Assembly: GCA_947458265.1 (NCBI GenBank)
Contig: CANGYF010000004.1
Coordinates: 142,491-206,490 of the forward strand
Direction: 5' to 3'
Length of the DNA: 64,000 nt
Source: Betaproteobacteria bacterium
GTDB lineage: Bacteria; Pseudomonadota; Gammaproteobacteria; Burkholderiales; CAIKXV01
Below are positions 1 through 15,775 of the stretch, in pieces. Every line of letters begins with the position of its first letter. The first letter of the stretch is position 1. The notes beneath the pieces were generated by a model. It saw only the letters and a list, made by a program, of their open reading frames with translations, ran no database searches and had not been told where the DNA came from. The translations under genes were made by a program, and so were the position numbers.

Positions 1-1
1 C

Positions 2-706
2 TCAGCCCCGGGATGTCCATTTGGCATTGCGTGCCTGCACCAGCGCGCGGGCCTCGGGCGAGAAACCGAGCCCGGCCACCTGGTGCGCGGCCTGCTGGAA
101 GAAGGCCGGACATTCGGATGGAAGGTGGGTCTCCAGCCGGCGGTAGGCCCGCTCCATCTTGCGCAGATCGCGCGAGCGGGTGGAGACGATCGCGGCATTG
201 ATCAGCAACTGCCGCCACGGCCGAAGCGGATCGGTCGAGGTGTGGTCGACCTGCAACCGGGCCGCGACATTGGCGATCACCGCCTCGTAGGCATCCGACA
301 GCGCGATGCAGGCGTCCAGGCTGCCGGCCAGGTTCGCCCGGTTGGCGAGCGCGGCCACCACCGGCCCGATCTGGCGCAACTGGCCCCGATGGCGCATGCA
401 CCACTGGGCGGCCTCGAGCGAGATGTCGATCACCGAGACACGCGCATTGCGCAGCTTTAGCCGATCGGCCCAGTTGCCCAGGTCGTGCAGGCATTCGAAT
501 ATCTGGTCCGCGATGCCGTTCACGTCCTCGGCCAGCACCTCGGCGGTCGGTCCGTAGTCGCGGTCGATGCGCTCGCAGTCGTCGAAGAACACATCGAGGG
601 CATCGACGAGGTTCGTCGGAGTGATCTTGTTGCCGGGCGGCACGCCCGAGAGATCGAATGCGGCGATGATTTCCCGCGCGGCCGCCTTGAGGCGCGCCCG
701 CATCAT
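2..706 (-). CDS. conserved hypothetical protein (234 aa), family not recognised
   Basis: ATG at 706 overlaps the msrB stop (ATGA, 703-706) and the ORF ends at TGA 2-4. The track ORF portion upstream of 706 lies inside msrB in another frame. Confidence 0.6.
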   Translation of the reverse strand: MMRARLKAAAREIIAAFDLSGVPPGNKITPTNLVDALDVFFDDCERIDRDYGPTAEVLAEDVNGIADQIFECLHDLGNWADRLKLRNARVSVIDISLEAAQWCMRHRGQLRQIGPVVAALANRANLAGSLDACIALSDAYEAVIANVAARLQVDHTSTDPLRPWRQLLINAAIVSTRSRDLRKMERAYRRLETHLPSECPAFFQQAAHQVAGLGFSPEARALVQARNAKWTSRG

Positions 707-1107
707 TCGGAGCCTGTCTTGTCCAGATGCAGGGCGGCCGAGTTCATGCAGTAGCGCAGGCCGGTCGGCGCCGGTCCGTCCTCGAACACGTGGCCCAGGT
801 GTGCGTCGCAGCGTGCGCACAGGACCTCGGTGCGCCGGCTGAACCAGCTGTTGTCTTCCGCGGTGGCCACCGCATCGCCCGCCAGGGGCTGGAAGAAGCT
901 CGGCCACCCGGTGCCCGAGTCGTACTTGGTGGAGGCGTCGAACAGCGGGTTGCTGCAGCACACGCAACGGTAGGTGCCGGCGTCCTTGGCATCCCAGTAA
1001 GCTCCGGTGAACGCGCGCTCGGTGCCGTGCCGGCGGGTCACTTCGTACTGCTCGGCGCTCAACTGGGCGCGCCACTCCTCGTCGGTCTTGCGGATCTTGT
1101 CTGTCAT
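703..1107 (-). CDS. msrB: peptide-methionine (R)-S-oxide reductase MsrB
   Basis: 134 aa. It has two CxxC pairs ([23 protein letters not shown]) and the RYCMNS catalytic Cys context typical of MsrB/SelR. Confidence 0.95.
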   Translation of the reverse strand: MTDKIRKTDEEWRAQLSAEQYEVTRRHGTERAFTGAYWDAKDAGTYRCVCCSNPLFDASTKYDSGTGWPSFFQPLAGDAVATAEDNSWFSRRTEVLCARCDAHLGHVFEDGPAPTGLRYCMNSAALHLDKTGSE

Positions 1108-1166
1108 GATCGCGGTTCTGGCTGGATGGCTCGGCTGCTCGGTGGATACGGAAAGGAGAGACCCGG

Positions 1167-1544
1167 ATGACCCTTGCCTACTGGATGGTCCTCGCAGGAG
1201 CGATGTTGCCTTACCTGACGGTGGCGGTGGCGAAGTATCGTCCCGATTACGACAATGCTGCGCCTCGGGCGCAGCTCGCCGCGGCCGACGGACACCGGCT
1301 GCGCGCCTGGTGGGCGCACCTGAACCACTTCGAGGCTTTCCCGCCGTTCGCTGCAGGCGTCATTATTGCGCACCTCGCACAGGCTCGGCAGGATTGGGTG
1401 GACATCCTCGCCGTCGCTTTCGTGGCGCTGCGCTGCCTGTATGCGGTGCTGTACGTGGCCGATCGGCCGACCGCCCGGTCGCTCGTCTGGTCGGCGGCCT
1501 TCTTCTGCATGGTGGGCCTGTTCGTGGCGGCGGCGCTCGCCTGA
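1167..1544 (+). CDS. MAPEG-family small membrane protein
   Basis: 125 aa with several hydrophobic segments. The N-terminus ([15 protein letters not shown]) and the '[13 protein letters not shown]' block resemble bacterial MAPEG proteins. Confidence 0.75.
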   Translation: MTLAYWMVLAGAMLPYLTVAVAKYRPDYDNAAPRAQLAAADGHRLRAWWAHLNHFEAFPPFAAGVIIAHLAQARQDWVDILAVAFVALRCLYAVLYVADRPTARSLVWSAAFFCMVGLFVAAALA

Positions 1545-1850
1545 TCGGGCGATGGCAGCAGGGCAAGCGGTGCGCTTCGGAGAGGGTGGTTGCACCGGTC
1601 GCGGCATGCCCGCACGGCGGCGAAATGTGCAAAAATCGAAAGCTGTCGACCCCGGCGCCAGTAATCAGTGACAGCGGCGCGTGACGCCGTCGTGTGATGA
1701 CGTCGCGCGATGTCGGTACCTGATCGCGGTAGCCCGTCGGCAGCGGCGCCGGTCGCCGGTCCGTCCCCAGTGACTGGACCGCCGTTCCAGCAGCGCCCAG
1801 GTCTTTCCAGGACACTTCAACACTCACAAAGCCTCTGAGAGGAAGCCAGC

Positions 1851-4538
<2,688 letters not shown>

Positions 4539-4607
4539 CCGGGTTACGCCCCGTCCAAGCATGCCCTTCGTACCCTTTTCCTGTTTCGTGCGACTACAGA
4601 GCCTGTC

Positions 4608-7313
<2,706 letters not shown>

Positions 7314-7370
7314 TAGGGCGGGCCGCTCTGATCGACTGAACCGGGCGGAGTCGTACCTTCAGGGGGCTGG

Positions 7371-7479
7371 GACGCGGGCATCGGGTAGCCCCTTCCGCTC
7401 ATGTCCTCCGGCTCCAGTCGGTCGCCCGACTGGAGCCTCCCCCTTTACTTCGCTCCAGGGGCTACCCGATACCCGCGTC
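7371..7479. repeat. ~110-nt long-hairpin repeat, copy 1
   Basis: Outer arms 7371-7392 (GACGCGGGCATCGGGTAGCCCC) and 7458-7479 (GGGGCTACCCGATACCCGCGTC) are complementary with 1 mismatch. An inner hairpin GGCTCCAGTCGG/CCGACTGGAGCC lies at 7411-7438. It carries the core blocks CCGCTCATGTCC (7395-7406) and TACTTCGCTCC (7446-7456). Confidence 0.7.
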
Positions 7480-7639
7480 CGTTCCACCCGCGTGCGGTAC
7501 TGCCGCCTTGGGCCGGGACGTCCGTCGTACGTTGAGCGACCATTTCGCCATGGTTGCGCGGCGCACGTTGGTTCCGTTGCAGCCATCCTGCCCGAACGCC
7601 GATGACGGCAATACCCCCTCTGGCCACAGCCCGGTGCTG

Positions 7640-7750
7640 ATCGAGGAGGCGGGGTGCCCTGCGGAGCGAAGTAGAGGAGGAGGCCCGGAGCCGCGCGAGC
7701 GGGTCTGGGCCGGGGGACATGAGCGGAGCAGGGCACCCCGTCTCCTCGAT
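7640..7750. repeat. ~110-nt long-hairpin repeat, copy 2 (inverted relative to copy 1)
   Basis: Outer arms 7640-7662 and 7728-7750 are complementary with 1 mismatch. It contains the exact reverse complements of the copy-1 core blocks: GGAGCGAAGTA (7663-7673) and GGACATGAGCGG (7715-7726). Confidence 0.7.
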
Positions 7751-7815
7751 CCGGCAAGGCTCCGTCGACCGATGGGCGGAGCAGCGCACCGGTCGTTGAT
7801 CGGGTAAGGCGATAC

Positions 7816-9258
7816 TCAGGCCGAGAACAGGTCCACGAACTGGTCGACCGGCATCGATTGCAGCTTGCCGGCATCCGCGCAGGCCTCGCGGATCAGCCGC
7901 TGCTGCTTCGGAGCGAAGCGCCGCGCCAGGTTGACCGCAAACTTGGCGTCGAGCAGCGGGTAGCCCTCCGCGCGGCGGCGGCGATGTCCGACCGGGTATT
8001 CGACCTCCACCTGCTGCGTGCTGGTCCCGTCCTTGAAGGTGACCTGCACCGCGTTGGCGATCGAGCGCTTCGCCGGATCGAGGTAGTCGCGGGTGTAGCG
8101 CGGTTCCTCGACGATCTCCATCCGGTCGCGCAGCGCGTCGATCCGCGGGTCCGCGGCCACGCCGTCCTCGTAGTCGGCCGCCACGAGGTTGCCCTTGATG
8201 AGACCGACCGCCGTCATGTACTGGATGCAGTGATCCCGGTCGGCCGGGTTGTGCAACGGCCCCCGCTTGTCGATGATGCGGATCGCCGATTCATGCGTGG
8301 TGATGGTGACCTTCTCGATATCCTCCAGTCGGTGCTTCACCAGCGGATGCAGCACCAGCGCGCATTCGACCGCGGTCTGCGCGTGGAACTCGGCCGGGAA
8401 AGAGATCTTGAACAGCACGTTCTCCATCACGTACGAGCCGAGCGGGCGGCCCAGCACCAGCGGCTGGCCCTTGAACAGCACGTCCTGGAAGCCCCAGGTC
8501 TTCGCGCTGAGCGCGGACGGATAGCCCATCTCGCCGCGCAGCGTCATCCATGCGATGCGCACCGCGCGCGAAGTCGCGTCGCCAGCGGCCCACGACTTGC
8601 GCGACCCGGCGTTCGGTGCGTGGCGGTAGGTGCGCAACGACTGCCCGTCGATCCAGGCGTTCGACACGGCGTCGATGACCTCGTCGCGCGTGCCGCCCAT
8701 CATCGCGGTCACCACCGCTGTCGAGGCCACCTTCACCAGCACGACATGGTCCAGGCCGACGCGGTTGAAGCTGTTCTCCAGCGCCAGCACGCCCTGGATC
8801 TCGTGCGCCTTGATCATCGCGGTGAGCACGTCGCGCACCGTGAGCGGCGCGAGGCCGCGCGCGACCCGCGTACGCGACAGCCAGTCGGCGGTGGCCAGGA
8901 TGCCGCCCAGGTTGTCCGACGGATGGCCCCACTCGGCGGCAAGCCAGGTATCGTTGAAATCGAGCCAGCGGATCATGGTGCCGATGTTGAACGCGGCCTG
9001 GACCGGGTCGAGCTGGTACGGCGTCCCCGGGACCTTCGCGCCGTTCGGAACGACCGTGCCTGGCACGATCGGGCCGAGCAGCTTGGTGCAGGCCGGGTAC
9101 TCCAGCGCCTCCAGGCCGCAGCCCAGGGTGTCGAGCAGGCAGTAGCGGGCGGTGTCGTAGGCCTCGGTGCTGTCGACCTGCGTCGACAGCACGTAGTCGG
9201 CGATATCGACCAGCAGCGCGTCGGGTTCGGGGCGGATGTTGGAGATCGGAGCGGACAT
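7816..9258 (-). CDS. prpD: 2-methylcitrate dehydratase (PrpD)
   Basis: 480 aa. The N-terminal '[14 protein letters not shown]' block and '[18 protein letters not shown]' are characteristic of PrpD proper. Confidence 0.9.
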   Translation of the reverse strand: MSAPISNIRPEPDALLVDIADYVLSTQVDSTEAYDTARYCLLDTLGCGLEALEYPACTKLLGPIVPGTVVPNGAKVPGTPYQLDPVQAAFNIGTMIRWLDFNDTWLAAEWGHPSDNLGGILATADWLSRTRVARGLAPLTVRDVLTAMIKAHEIQGVLALENSFNRVGLDHVVLVKVASTAVVTAMMGGTRDEVIDAVSNAWIDGQSLRTYRHAPNAGSRKSWAAGDATSRAVRIAWMTLRGEMGYPSALSAKTWGFQDVLFKGQPLVLGRPLGSYVMENVLFKISFPAEFHAQTAVECALVLHPLVKHRLEDIEKVTITTHESAIRIIDKRGPLHNPADRDHCIQYMTAVGLIKGNLVAADYEDGVAADPRIDALRDRMEIVEEPRYTRDYLDPAKRSIANAVQVTFKDGTSTQQVEVEYPVGHRRRRAEGYPLLDAKFAVNLARRFAPKQQRLIREACADAGKLQSMPVDQFVDLFSA

Positions 9259-9360
9259 GTGGGCAGTGCCGGTGGGTTGTACGGGGCTTGCAGGGGAGTG
9301 GGAGGTGGGTTGGCTGGGTGTCGACCAGCGGCGCTGGTCAGGCGCGGCCAGCGGGGTGCT

Positions 9361-10530
9361 TCAGCGCTCGTCGATCGGCACCCAGCGCACGCCTTCCGGC
9401 CCGGTGTAGTTGGCCGTCGGGCGGATGATCTTGCCGTCGATGCGCTGCTCGATCACATGCGCGGCCCAGCCGGAGGTGCGCGAGACCACGAACAGCGGGG
9501 TGAACATCGCGGTTGGTACGCCCATCATGTGGTACGAGACCGCGCTGAACCAGTCCAGGTTCGGGAACATCCGCTTCTCGCGCCACATCACGGCTTCCAG
9601 GCGCTCGGCGATATCGAACAGCTTCATCGACCCTGCGCGCTGCGAGAGGCGGCGTGCGACCTCCTTGATCACCACGTTCCGCGGGTCTCCGGTGGTGTAG
9701 ACGGGATGGCCGAAGCCGATCACCACCTCCTTGGCCTGCACCCGGCGCACGATGTCGGCTTCCGCCTCGTCGGGCGTGGCATAGCGCGACTGGATCTCGA
9801 AGGCCACCTCGTTCGCGCCGCCGTGCTTGGGTCCGCGCAGCGCGGCAATGCCGCCGCAGATCGCCCCATGCATGTCGGCACCGGTGCCGGCGACCACTCG
9901 GCAGGCGAAGGTCGAGGCGTTGAATTCGTGTTCCGCGTACAGGATCAGCGACGTGTTCATCGCCCGTACCCACTCGGCTGGCGGAGCCTCGCCATGCAGC
10001 AGGTGCAGGAAATGGCCACCGATGGATTCGTCGTCGGTGTCGACGTCGATGCGCTTTCCGTTGTGCGACCAGTGGTACCAGTAGAGCAGCATCGAGCCGA
10101 AGCTGGCCATGAACCGGTCCGCGATCTCGCGCGCGCCGGCGGTGCCGTGGTCGTCCTTCTCCGGCAGCAGCGCGCCCAGCGCCGAGGCGCCGGTGCGCAT
10201 CACGTCCATCGGATGGGCCGACGGCGGCAGGCGCTCGAGCAGCGCCTTCAGCGGTGCGGGCAGCCCGCGCAGCGCACGCAGGCTGCGCTTGTAGCGATCG
10301 AGTTCAGCACGGTCGGGCAGGCGTTCGTGCACCAGCAAGTGCGCGATCTCCTCGAATTCGGCGCTGTCGGCGAACTCCATGATGTCGTAGCCGCGGTAGT
10401 GCAGGTCGTTGCCGGAGCGTCCGACGGTGCACAGCGCGGTGTTGCCCGCCGTGATGCCGGACAGGGCAACCGACTTCTTGGGCTTGAACGGTACGGGTGA
10501 TGGCGGTATGCCCGCGGGGGTGTCGCTCAT
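9361..10530 (-). CDS. prpC: citrate synthase family protein, 2-methylcitrate synthase-like (PrpC-like)
   Basis: 389 aa short-type citrate synthase with 'GFGHPVY' and '[11 protein letters not shown]' catalytic His contexts. RBS GAGGAGG precedes the ATG. It lies immediately upstream of prpD on the same strand. Confidence 0.82.
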   Translation of the reverse strand: MSDTPAGIPPSPVPFKPKKSVALSGITAGNTALCTVGRSGNDLHYRGYDIMEFADSAEFEEIAHLLVHERLPDRAELDRYKRSLRALRGLPAPLKALLERLPPSAHPMDVMRTGASALGALLPEKDDHGTAGAREIADRFMASFGSMLLYWYHWSHNGKRIDVDTDDESIGGHFLHLLHGEAPPAEWVRAMNTSLILYAEHEFNASTFACRVVAGTGADMHGAICGGIAALRGPKHGGANEVAFEIQSRYATPDEAEADIVRRVQAKEVVIGFGHPVYTTGDPRNVVIKEVARRLSQRAGSMKLFDIAERLEAVMWREKRMFPNLDWFSAVSYHMMGVPTAMFTPLFVVSRTSGWAAHVIEQRIDGKIIRPTANYTGPEGVRWVPIDER

Positions 10531-10556
10531 TTCGAATCCTCCTCTGGCAGCAGACG

Positions 10557-10584
10557 AAAAAACGGCCGCTTCGCTGGCGGCCGT
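10557..10584 (-). terminator. Rho-independent terminator downstream of mdh
   Basis: On the minus strand the sequence reads ACGGCCGC-CAGCGAA-GCGGCCGT followed by TTTTTT. It sits about 30 nt after the mdh stop. Confidence 0.75.
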
Positions 10585-10615
10585 CCTTCGATCAACGGGC
10601 GTCGCGCCTGCCGGT

Positions 10616-11605
10616 TCAACCGAGCAGGTGCTTGACGCCGTCGCGCTCTTCCTCGAGTTCCTTCTGGGTGGCCTGCATCTTCGACCGGCTGAAGTCGGAG
10701 ATATCGATGCCCTTGACGATCGAGTACTGGCCGTCCTTGCAGGTAACCGGGAAGCCGTACATCAGTCCTTCCGGGATGCCGTAGCTGCCGTCCGACGGGA
10801 TGCCCATCGACACCCAGTCGCCGTCGGGCGTGCCGTTGACCCAGTTGCGCACATGGTCCATCGCCGCGTTGGCCGCACTGGCCGCCGAGGACAGGCCGCG
10901 CGCATCGATGATCGCCGCGCCGCGCTTCTGGATGGTCGGGATGAAGTTCGACTCGAGCCACTGCTGGTCGTTGATCATCGGCCACGCCGGCTTGCCATCG
11001 ACCTCCGCGCGGAACACGTCCGGGTACTGGGTGGCCGAGTGGTTGCCCCAGATGGTCATCTTCTTCACGCTGCTGACCGGACGGCCGACCTTCTGGGCGA
11101 TCTGGGTCAGCGCACGGTTGTGGTCGAGCCGCATCATCGCGGTGAACTGGGTCGGTTTCAGGCTGGGCGCGTTCTTCATCGCGATCAGCGCGTTCGTGTT
11201 CGCCGGGTTGCCTACCACCAGGACCTTCACGTCGCGGCTGGCGAACTCGTCGAGCGCACGGCCCTGGGGCCCGAAGATCTTGCCGTTGGCTTCCAGCAGG
11301 TCCTTGCGCTCCATGCCCGGGCCGCGCGGGCGCGCGCCGACCAGAAGGGCCACGTTGGCATCGCGGAAGGCGACTTTCGGGTCGTCGGTCGGTGCCACGG
11401 ACTGCAGCAGCGGGAACGCGCAGTCGTCGAGTTCCATGATGACGCCGCGCAGGGCCTTCTGGGCCTTTTCGTCGGGGATCTCGAGCAGTTGCAGGATCAC
11501 CGGCTGGTCTGCGCCGAGCATCTCGCCGCTGGCGATGCGAAACAGCAGGCTGTAGCCGATCTGGCCGGCGGCGCCGGTGACGGCGACGCGAACGGGCGAT
11601 TTCAT
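10616..11605 (-). CDS. mdh: malate dehydrogenase (NAD-dependent, LDH-like family)
   Basis: 329 aa from ATG 11605 (RBS AAGGGAG). It has the N-terminal Rossmann motif [12 protein letters not shown] and the WGNHS motif. The 658-aa track ORF is an upstream extension with no homology signal. Confidence 0.95.
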   Translation of the reverse strand: MKSPVRVAVTGAAGQIGYSLLFRIASGEMLGADQPVILQLLEIPDEKAQKALRGVIMELDDCAFPLLQSVAPTDDPKVAFRDANVALLVGARPRGPGMERKDLLEANGKIFGPQGRALDEFASRDVKVLVVGNPANTNALIAMKNAPSLKPTQFTAMMRLDHNRALTQIAQKVGRPVSSVKKMTIWGNHSATQYPDVFRAEVDGKPAWPMINDQQWLESNFIPTIQKRGAAIIDARGLSSAASAANAAMDHVRNWVNGTPDGDWVSMGIPSDGSYGIPEGLMYGFPVTCKDGQYSIVKGIDISDFSRSKMQATQKELEEERDGVKHLLG

Positions 11606-11926
11606 CGTGAAGCTCCCTTGGACTTGGAATGCACGGATATGCAATGTTGCACGGGTTTCGAGGTACGGGGCAGGCGCCGCGCAGCAGGCCTTCGGCCCCG
11701 TGGGGGCTGGCCCGGTGGCGGGCAGCGGCCCGGGCGTACCCGGACGGGCGGTTGGCGTTGCGATCGTGCTGCAATGGCGTTGACAAGTACTGCCGCCCTC
11801 GCGCCGATCGACGTACGCCGGCGGGCAGGACGTTGCCCATGCACCGGAAGCGTGCGGACCGCCTGGCCGGCACCGATGCACTGGCGGGAGGATGATACCG
11901 TAGCCGGGTGGATGCCGTTCACCGGC

Positions 11927-11955
11927 TTGTGAAACCGTGCGCCTGCTGCGATAAT
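11927..11955 (+). promoter_or_regulatory. sigma70-like promoter candidate (TTGTGA-N17-GATAAT) facing sdhC
   Basis: The hexamers lie at 11927-11932 and 11950-11955 with a 17-nt spacer, about 265 nt upstream of the sdhC start. This is a sequence-pattern call only. Confidence 0.25.
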
Positions 11956-12220
11956 CACATGGCTTTGCAGCCAGCCTGCGCGCATGCTCCGCCGGCCGCT
12001 TGCACAACGCGGGATTGCACCAGCCCCGCGCCGATGTGCAGGGCAGCGGCTTCACGGTGCCACCGTGCAGCGCCGGTACCGGCGCCGTCCTGCTGCGTCG
12101 GCAGGCAGCGTCGCCATCGAGCGTGGAAGTGCACGACATCGGTTCGGCGCGTGCCGCGGTCAGGCCGACCGGCGTTCCCGAGTGTCGCGCCCGTACTTTG
12201 TCAGAGAGGAAGACAGCCCG

Positions 12221-12601
12221 TTGATCAAGAAAAGCCGTCCAAAGTATCTCGACCTTACCGAGATAAAGATGCCGACCCCTGCGTTGGTATCCATCCTCCA
12301 CCGGGCCAGCGGCGTAGGCCTCTATCTGGTCGGCGTCCCGCTGGGCCTCTATTTTTTCCAGATGAGCCTCGCCTCGGAGCAGGGCTACGCGCAGTTCGCG
12401 GCGATCGCCGGACATTGGTTCGTCAAGCTGATCTTCCTTGGGCTGCTCTGGGCATTCCTGCATCATTTCTGCGCCGGCATCCGTTACCTCACGCTTGACA
12501 TGCACATGGGTGAGGAATTGCAGCAGGCGCGCAGCACGAGTCTTGCCGTCCTCGCGGTCAGCCTCGTGCTTACCCTGATACTGGGAGTGCAACTATGGTG
12601 A
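12221..12601 (+). CDS. sdhC: succinate dehydrogenase cytochrome b556 subunit (SdhC)
   Basis: The TTG start at 12221 is preceded by AGAGAGGAAG. The N-terminus '[29 protein letters not shown]' matches the SdhC pattern. The gene overlaps the sdhD start. Confidence 0.85.
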   Translation: MIKKSRPKYLDLTEIKMPTPALVSILHRASGVGLYLVGVPLGLYFFQMSLASEQGYAQFAAIAGHWFVKLIFLGLLWAFLHHFCAGIRYLTLDMHMGEELQQARSTSLAVLAVSLVLTLILGVQLW

Positions 12602-12939
12602 GCAGGGTCGTGACTGGCGCGCATTACGGGCTGAGGGACTGGCTCGGACAACGCGTGACCGCGGTCATCATGGCCGTGTACACCGTTCTGCTCGGGGCGA
12701 TCCTCCTCTTCAATGCCCCGGACGGATACGGCGAGTGGAAAGCGCTGTTCTCAGGACGGATCATGCAGCTGGCGACCCTTCTGTTCATCGCCTCGCTGCT
12801 GTATCACGCCTGGGTCGGCATTCGTGATGTGTTGATGGACTACATAAAGCCCACTTCGGTTCGGCTCGCGCTCCAGATCGGCGTGATCCTGTCGCTGGTG
12901 GTCTACATGGGTTGGTCCATCCTGATCCTCCTGGGGTAA
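12595..12939 (+). CDS. sdhD: succinate dehydrogenase membrane anchor subunit (SdhD)
   Basis: 114 aa with the 'GAHYGLRDWLGQRVTAV' block and three hydrophobic helices. Its position between sdhC and sdhA supports the call. Confidence 0.9.
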   Translation: MVSRVVTGAHYGLRDWLGQRVTAVIMAVYTVLLGAILLFNAPDGYGEWKALFSGRIMQLATLLFIASLLYHAWVGIRDVLMDYIKPTSVRLALQIGVILSLVVYMGWSILILLG

Positions 12940-12945
12940 AGACTG

Positions 12946-14709
12946 ATGGCACTCGCAAAACGTACTTTCGACGCGGTGGTGGTGGGCGCAGGCGGAGCGG
13001 GGCTCCGTGCAGCGCTGCAGTTGTCCGAGTCAGGCCTCAAGACGGCGGTGCTGACCAAGGTGTTCCCGACCCGCTCCCACACCGTGGCCGCGCAGGGCGG
13101 TATCGCCGCGGCGCTGGGCAACTCGATGGAAGACCACTGGATCTTCCACATGTACGACACCGTGAAGGGCGCCGACTATCTGGGCGACCAGGACGCGATC
13201 GAATTCATGTGCCGTACCGCCAACGAGTGCGTCTACGAGCTCGAGCACTTCGGCATGCCGTTCTCGCGCCTGCCCAACGGCAAGATCTACCAGCGTCCGT
13301 TCGGCGGCCAGTCGATCCACTTCGGCAAGGAGCAGGCTGCGCGCAGCTGCGCCGTGGCCGACCGCACCGGCCATTCGATGCTGCACACGCTCTACCAGCG
13401 CAACGTGCGGGCGAACACCCTGTTCTTCGTCGAGTGGATGGCACTCGACCTGATCATGAACGAGGCCGGCGAGTGCCTGGGCGTGACCGCGCTCGAGATG
13501 GAAACCGGCGAAGTGATGATGCTCCAGGCCAAGGCCACGCTGCTCGCCACGGGCGGCGCCGGACGGGTCTACCAGGCCAGCACCAATGCGTTCATCAACA
13601 CCGGTGACGGCATCGGCATGGCGGCGCGCGCCAATATCCCGCTGGAAGACATGGAATTCTGGCAGTTCCACCCGACCGGCGTCGCCGGCGCCGGCGTGCT
13701 GATCACCGAAGGCGTGCGGGGCGAGGGCGGCTACCTGCTGAACAAGTCGGGTGAGCGCTTCATGGAGCGCTACGCGCCGAATGCGAAAGACCTCGCCAGC
13801 CGCGACGTCGTCGCACGCGCGATGGCCACCGAGATCAAGGAAGGCCGTGGCGCAGGCCCGGACGGCACCTACCTGTTGCTGAAGCTCGACCACCTCGGTG
13901 CCGAGACGATCAACTCGAAGCTGCCGGGTATCCGCGAGATCGCGCTGAAGTTCGCCAACGTCGACCCGATCAAGGATCCGATCCCGGTCGTGCCGACCTG
14001 CCACTACATGATGGGCGGCATCCCGACCAACTACCACGGCCAGGTGGTGGTGCCGCGCGGCGGCAATCCCGAGGTGCCGGTACCCGGCCTGTATGCGGCC
14101 GGCGAGGCCGCCTGCGTGTCGGTGCACGGCGCGAACCGCCTCGGCACCAACTCGCTGCTCGACCTGGTGGTGTTCGGCAAGTCGGCCGGCCAGCACATGG
14201 CCGATCACGCCCGCTCCAGCCGCAGCCAGCAGGACCTGCCCAAGGATGCCGGCGAGCAGACCGAGGCACGGCTGGCGCGCCTCGAAGGCCAGAAGGACGG
14301 CGAGAAGGTGTCGTCGGTGCTGCGCGACCTGCAGTTGACCATGCAGCTCGATTGCGGCGTCTTCCGCTTCCCCGACAGCATGAAGTCCGGCGTGGAGAAG
14401 ATGCGCGAAGTGGCGAAGCGGTCGCTGGTGACGGAGATCAAGGACAAGAGCAAGGTGTTCAACACCGCGCGCGTCGAGGCCCTCGAACTCGACAACCTGG
14501 TCGAGGTCGCGCTGTCCTCGCTGGTGTCGGCCGAAGCCCGCACCGAATCGCGCGGCGCACACGACCGCAGTGACTTCCCGACGCGCGACGATGCGAACTG
14601 GATCAAGCACACCCTGTGGTTCAAGGAAGGTGACCGGCTCGAGTACAAGCCTGTGCACGACAAGCCGCTGACGGTCGACTCGTTCGAGCCGAAGGCACGG
14701 GTCTACTGA
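12946..14709 (+). CDS. sdhA: succinate dehydrogenase flavoprotein subunit (SdhA)
   Basis: 587 aa with the FAD dinucleotide fold [14 protein letters not shown], the histidyl-FAD context '[10 protein letters not shown]', and HGANRLG. Confidence 0.97.
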   Translation: MALAKRTFDAVVVGAGGAGLRAALQLSESGLKTAVLTKVFPTRSHTVAAQGGIAAALGNSMEDHWIFHMYDTVKGADYLGDQDAIEFMCRTANECVYELEHFGMPFSRLPNGKIYQRPFGGQSIHFGKEQAARSCAVADRTGHSMLHTLYQRNVRANTLFFVEWMALDLIMNEAGECLGVTALEMETGEVMMLQAKATLLATGGAGRVYQASTNAFINTGDGIGMAARANIPLEDMEFWQFHPTGVAGAGVLITEGVRGEGGYLLNKSGERFMERYAPNAKDLASRDVVARAMATEIKEGRGAGPDGTYLLLKLDHLGAETINSKLPGIREIALKFANVDPIKDPIPVVPTCHYMMGGIPTNYHGQVVVPRGGNPEVPVPGLYAAGEAACVSVHGANRLGTNSLLDLVVFGKSAGQHMADHARSSRSQQDLPKDAGEQTEARLARLEGQKDGEKVSSVLRDLQLTMQLDCGVFRFPDSMKSGVEKMREVAKRSLVTEIKDKSKVFNTARVEALELDNLVEVALSSLVSAEARTESRGAHDRSDFPTRDDANWIKHTLWFKEGDRLEYKPVHDKPLTVDSFEPKARVY

Positions 14710-14743
14710 TCTTCCAGGGCATGCAACGACAAGGCACCGCACG

Positions 14744-15439
14744 ATGAAATTCTCAGTCTTCCGCTACAACCCCGAAGTCGACGAAAAGCCGTACATGCAG
14801 AGCTACGACATCCCGCTCGAGCCGAGCGACCGGATGCTGCTCGACGCGATCGTGCGCATCAAGCAGCACGACGACTCGCTGTCCCTGCGTCGTTCCTGCC
14901 GCGAGGGTGTCTGCGGCTCGGACGCCATGAACATCAACGGCAAGAACGGCCTCGCCTGCATCACGCCGCTCGATTCGCTGGCGGAGCCGGTAGTGCTCAA
15001 GCCGCTGCCGGGCCTGCCGGTGATCCGCGACCTGATCGTCGACATGTCGCAGTTCTTCAAGCAGTACCACTCGGTCAAGCCGTACCTGATCAACGAGAAC
15101 CAGCCGCCCGAGACCGAACGGCTGCAGTCGCCGGAAGAGCGGGAAGAACTCGACGGCCTGTACGAGTGCATCCTGTGCGCCTGCTGCTCGACCTCCTGCC
15201 CGTCGTTCTGGTGGAATCCCGACAAGTTCGTCGGTCCGGCCGGCCTGCTGCAGGCCTACCGGTTCCTGGCCGACAGCCGCGACGAGGCCACTTCCGAGCG
15301 CCTGGACAACCTGGAAGATCCGTACCGGCTGTTCCGCTGCCACACGATCATGAATTGCGTCGACGTCTGCCCGAAGGGCTTGAACCCGACGCGCGCGATC
15401 GGCAAGATCAAGCAGCTGATGGTGCGGAGGATGGTATGA
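14744..15439 (+). CDS. sdhB: succinate dehydrogenase iron-sulfur subunit (SdhB)
   Basis: 231 aa with three Cys clusters (CREGVCGSDAMNINGKNGLAC, CILCACCSTSCP, CHTIMNCVDVCP). Confidence 0.97.
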   Translation: MKFSVFRYNPEVDEKPYMQSYDIPLEPSDRMLLDAIVRIKQHDDSLSLRRSCREGVCGSDAMNINGKNGLACITPLDSLAEPVVLKPLPGLPVIRDLIVDMSQFFKQYHSVKPYLINENQPPETERLQSPEEREELDGLYECILCACCSTSCPSFWWNPDKFVGPAGLLQAYRFLADSRDEATSERLDNLEDPYRLFRCHTIMNCVDVCPKGLNPTRAIGKIKQLMVRRMV

Positions 15440-15696
15440 CCATGGTGCAGACCGAAGTCGCCCGCATCCAGGAGAATCGGTTGCGCTGGCACTGCCGTCG
15501 AGGCCTTCTCGAGCTCGACCTCGTGTTGCAGCGGTTCATGGACAACCGCTATGCTTCGATGAAGGCGGCGGACGTCGAGCTGCTGAAGGAACTGCTCGAC
15601 TACCCCGACCAGGACCTGTGGGACATGATCATCGGTCGGCTGCAGCCAGCCGACAAGAGGGTCGCTCCGGTACTGGAAATGTTGCGCGCGGCTTGA
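15436..15696 (+). CDS. sdhE: FAD assembly factor SdhE (DUF339 family)
   Basis: 86 aa. ATG 15436 overlaps the sdhB stop (ATGA). It carries the conserved '[15 protein letters not shown]' (RGxxE) motif. Confidence 0.85.
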   Translation: MTMVQTEVARIQENRLRWHCRRGLLELDLVLQRFMDNRYASMKAADVELLKELLDYPDQDLWDMIIGRLQPADKRVAPVLEMLRAA

Positions 15697-15775
15697 CCGC
15701 GCGTTTTTGTATTCGCGCCTGCCTGGACTCGCCCGTGGCGTGGCGGGAGTGCGCGATTTCTCTGTGGAGAAACTG

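Noticed and set aside
2-1075. 357-aa minus-strand ORF overlapping msrB
   Set aside because: The portion upstream of ATG 706 overlaps the well-supported msrB gene in another frame and is Arg/Pro/Gly-rich. Only the 234-codon part from 706 is kept.
7359-7874. Three overlapping ORFs (171, 114 and 99 aa) in the acnA/prpD spacer
   Set aside because: They run through the two hairpin repeats on both strands. They have Pro/Arg/Gly-rich translations and no RBS. The repeat structure explains the region better than coding.
7858-10500. 880-aa plus-strand ORF overlapping prpD and the prpC-like gene
   Set aside because: It is antisense to two well-supported genes. It is a low-complexity Arg/Ala/Gly/His-rich translation with no recognisable domain.
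11606-12220. Decayed GntR-type regulator pseudogene between mdh and sdhC
   Set aside because: Translations of all frames show no HTH or GntR-like block. They show only low-complexity Arg/Pro/Ala strings.
10616-12592. 658-aa version of the mdh ORF extending to 12592
   Set aside because: Malate dehydrogenase homology starts exactly at ATG 11605, which has a good RBS (AAGGGAG). The upstream 329 codons run antisense over sdhC and the spacer with no homology signal.
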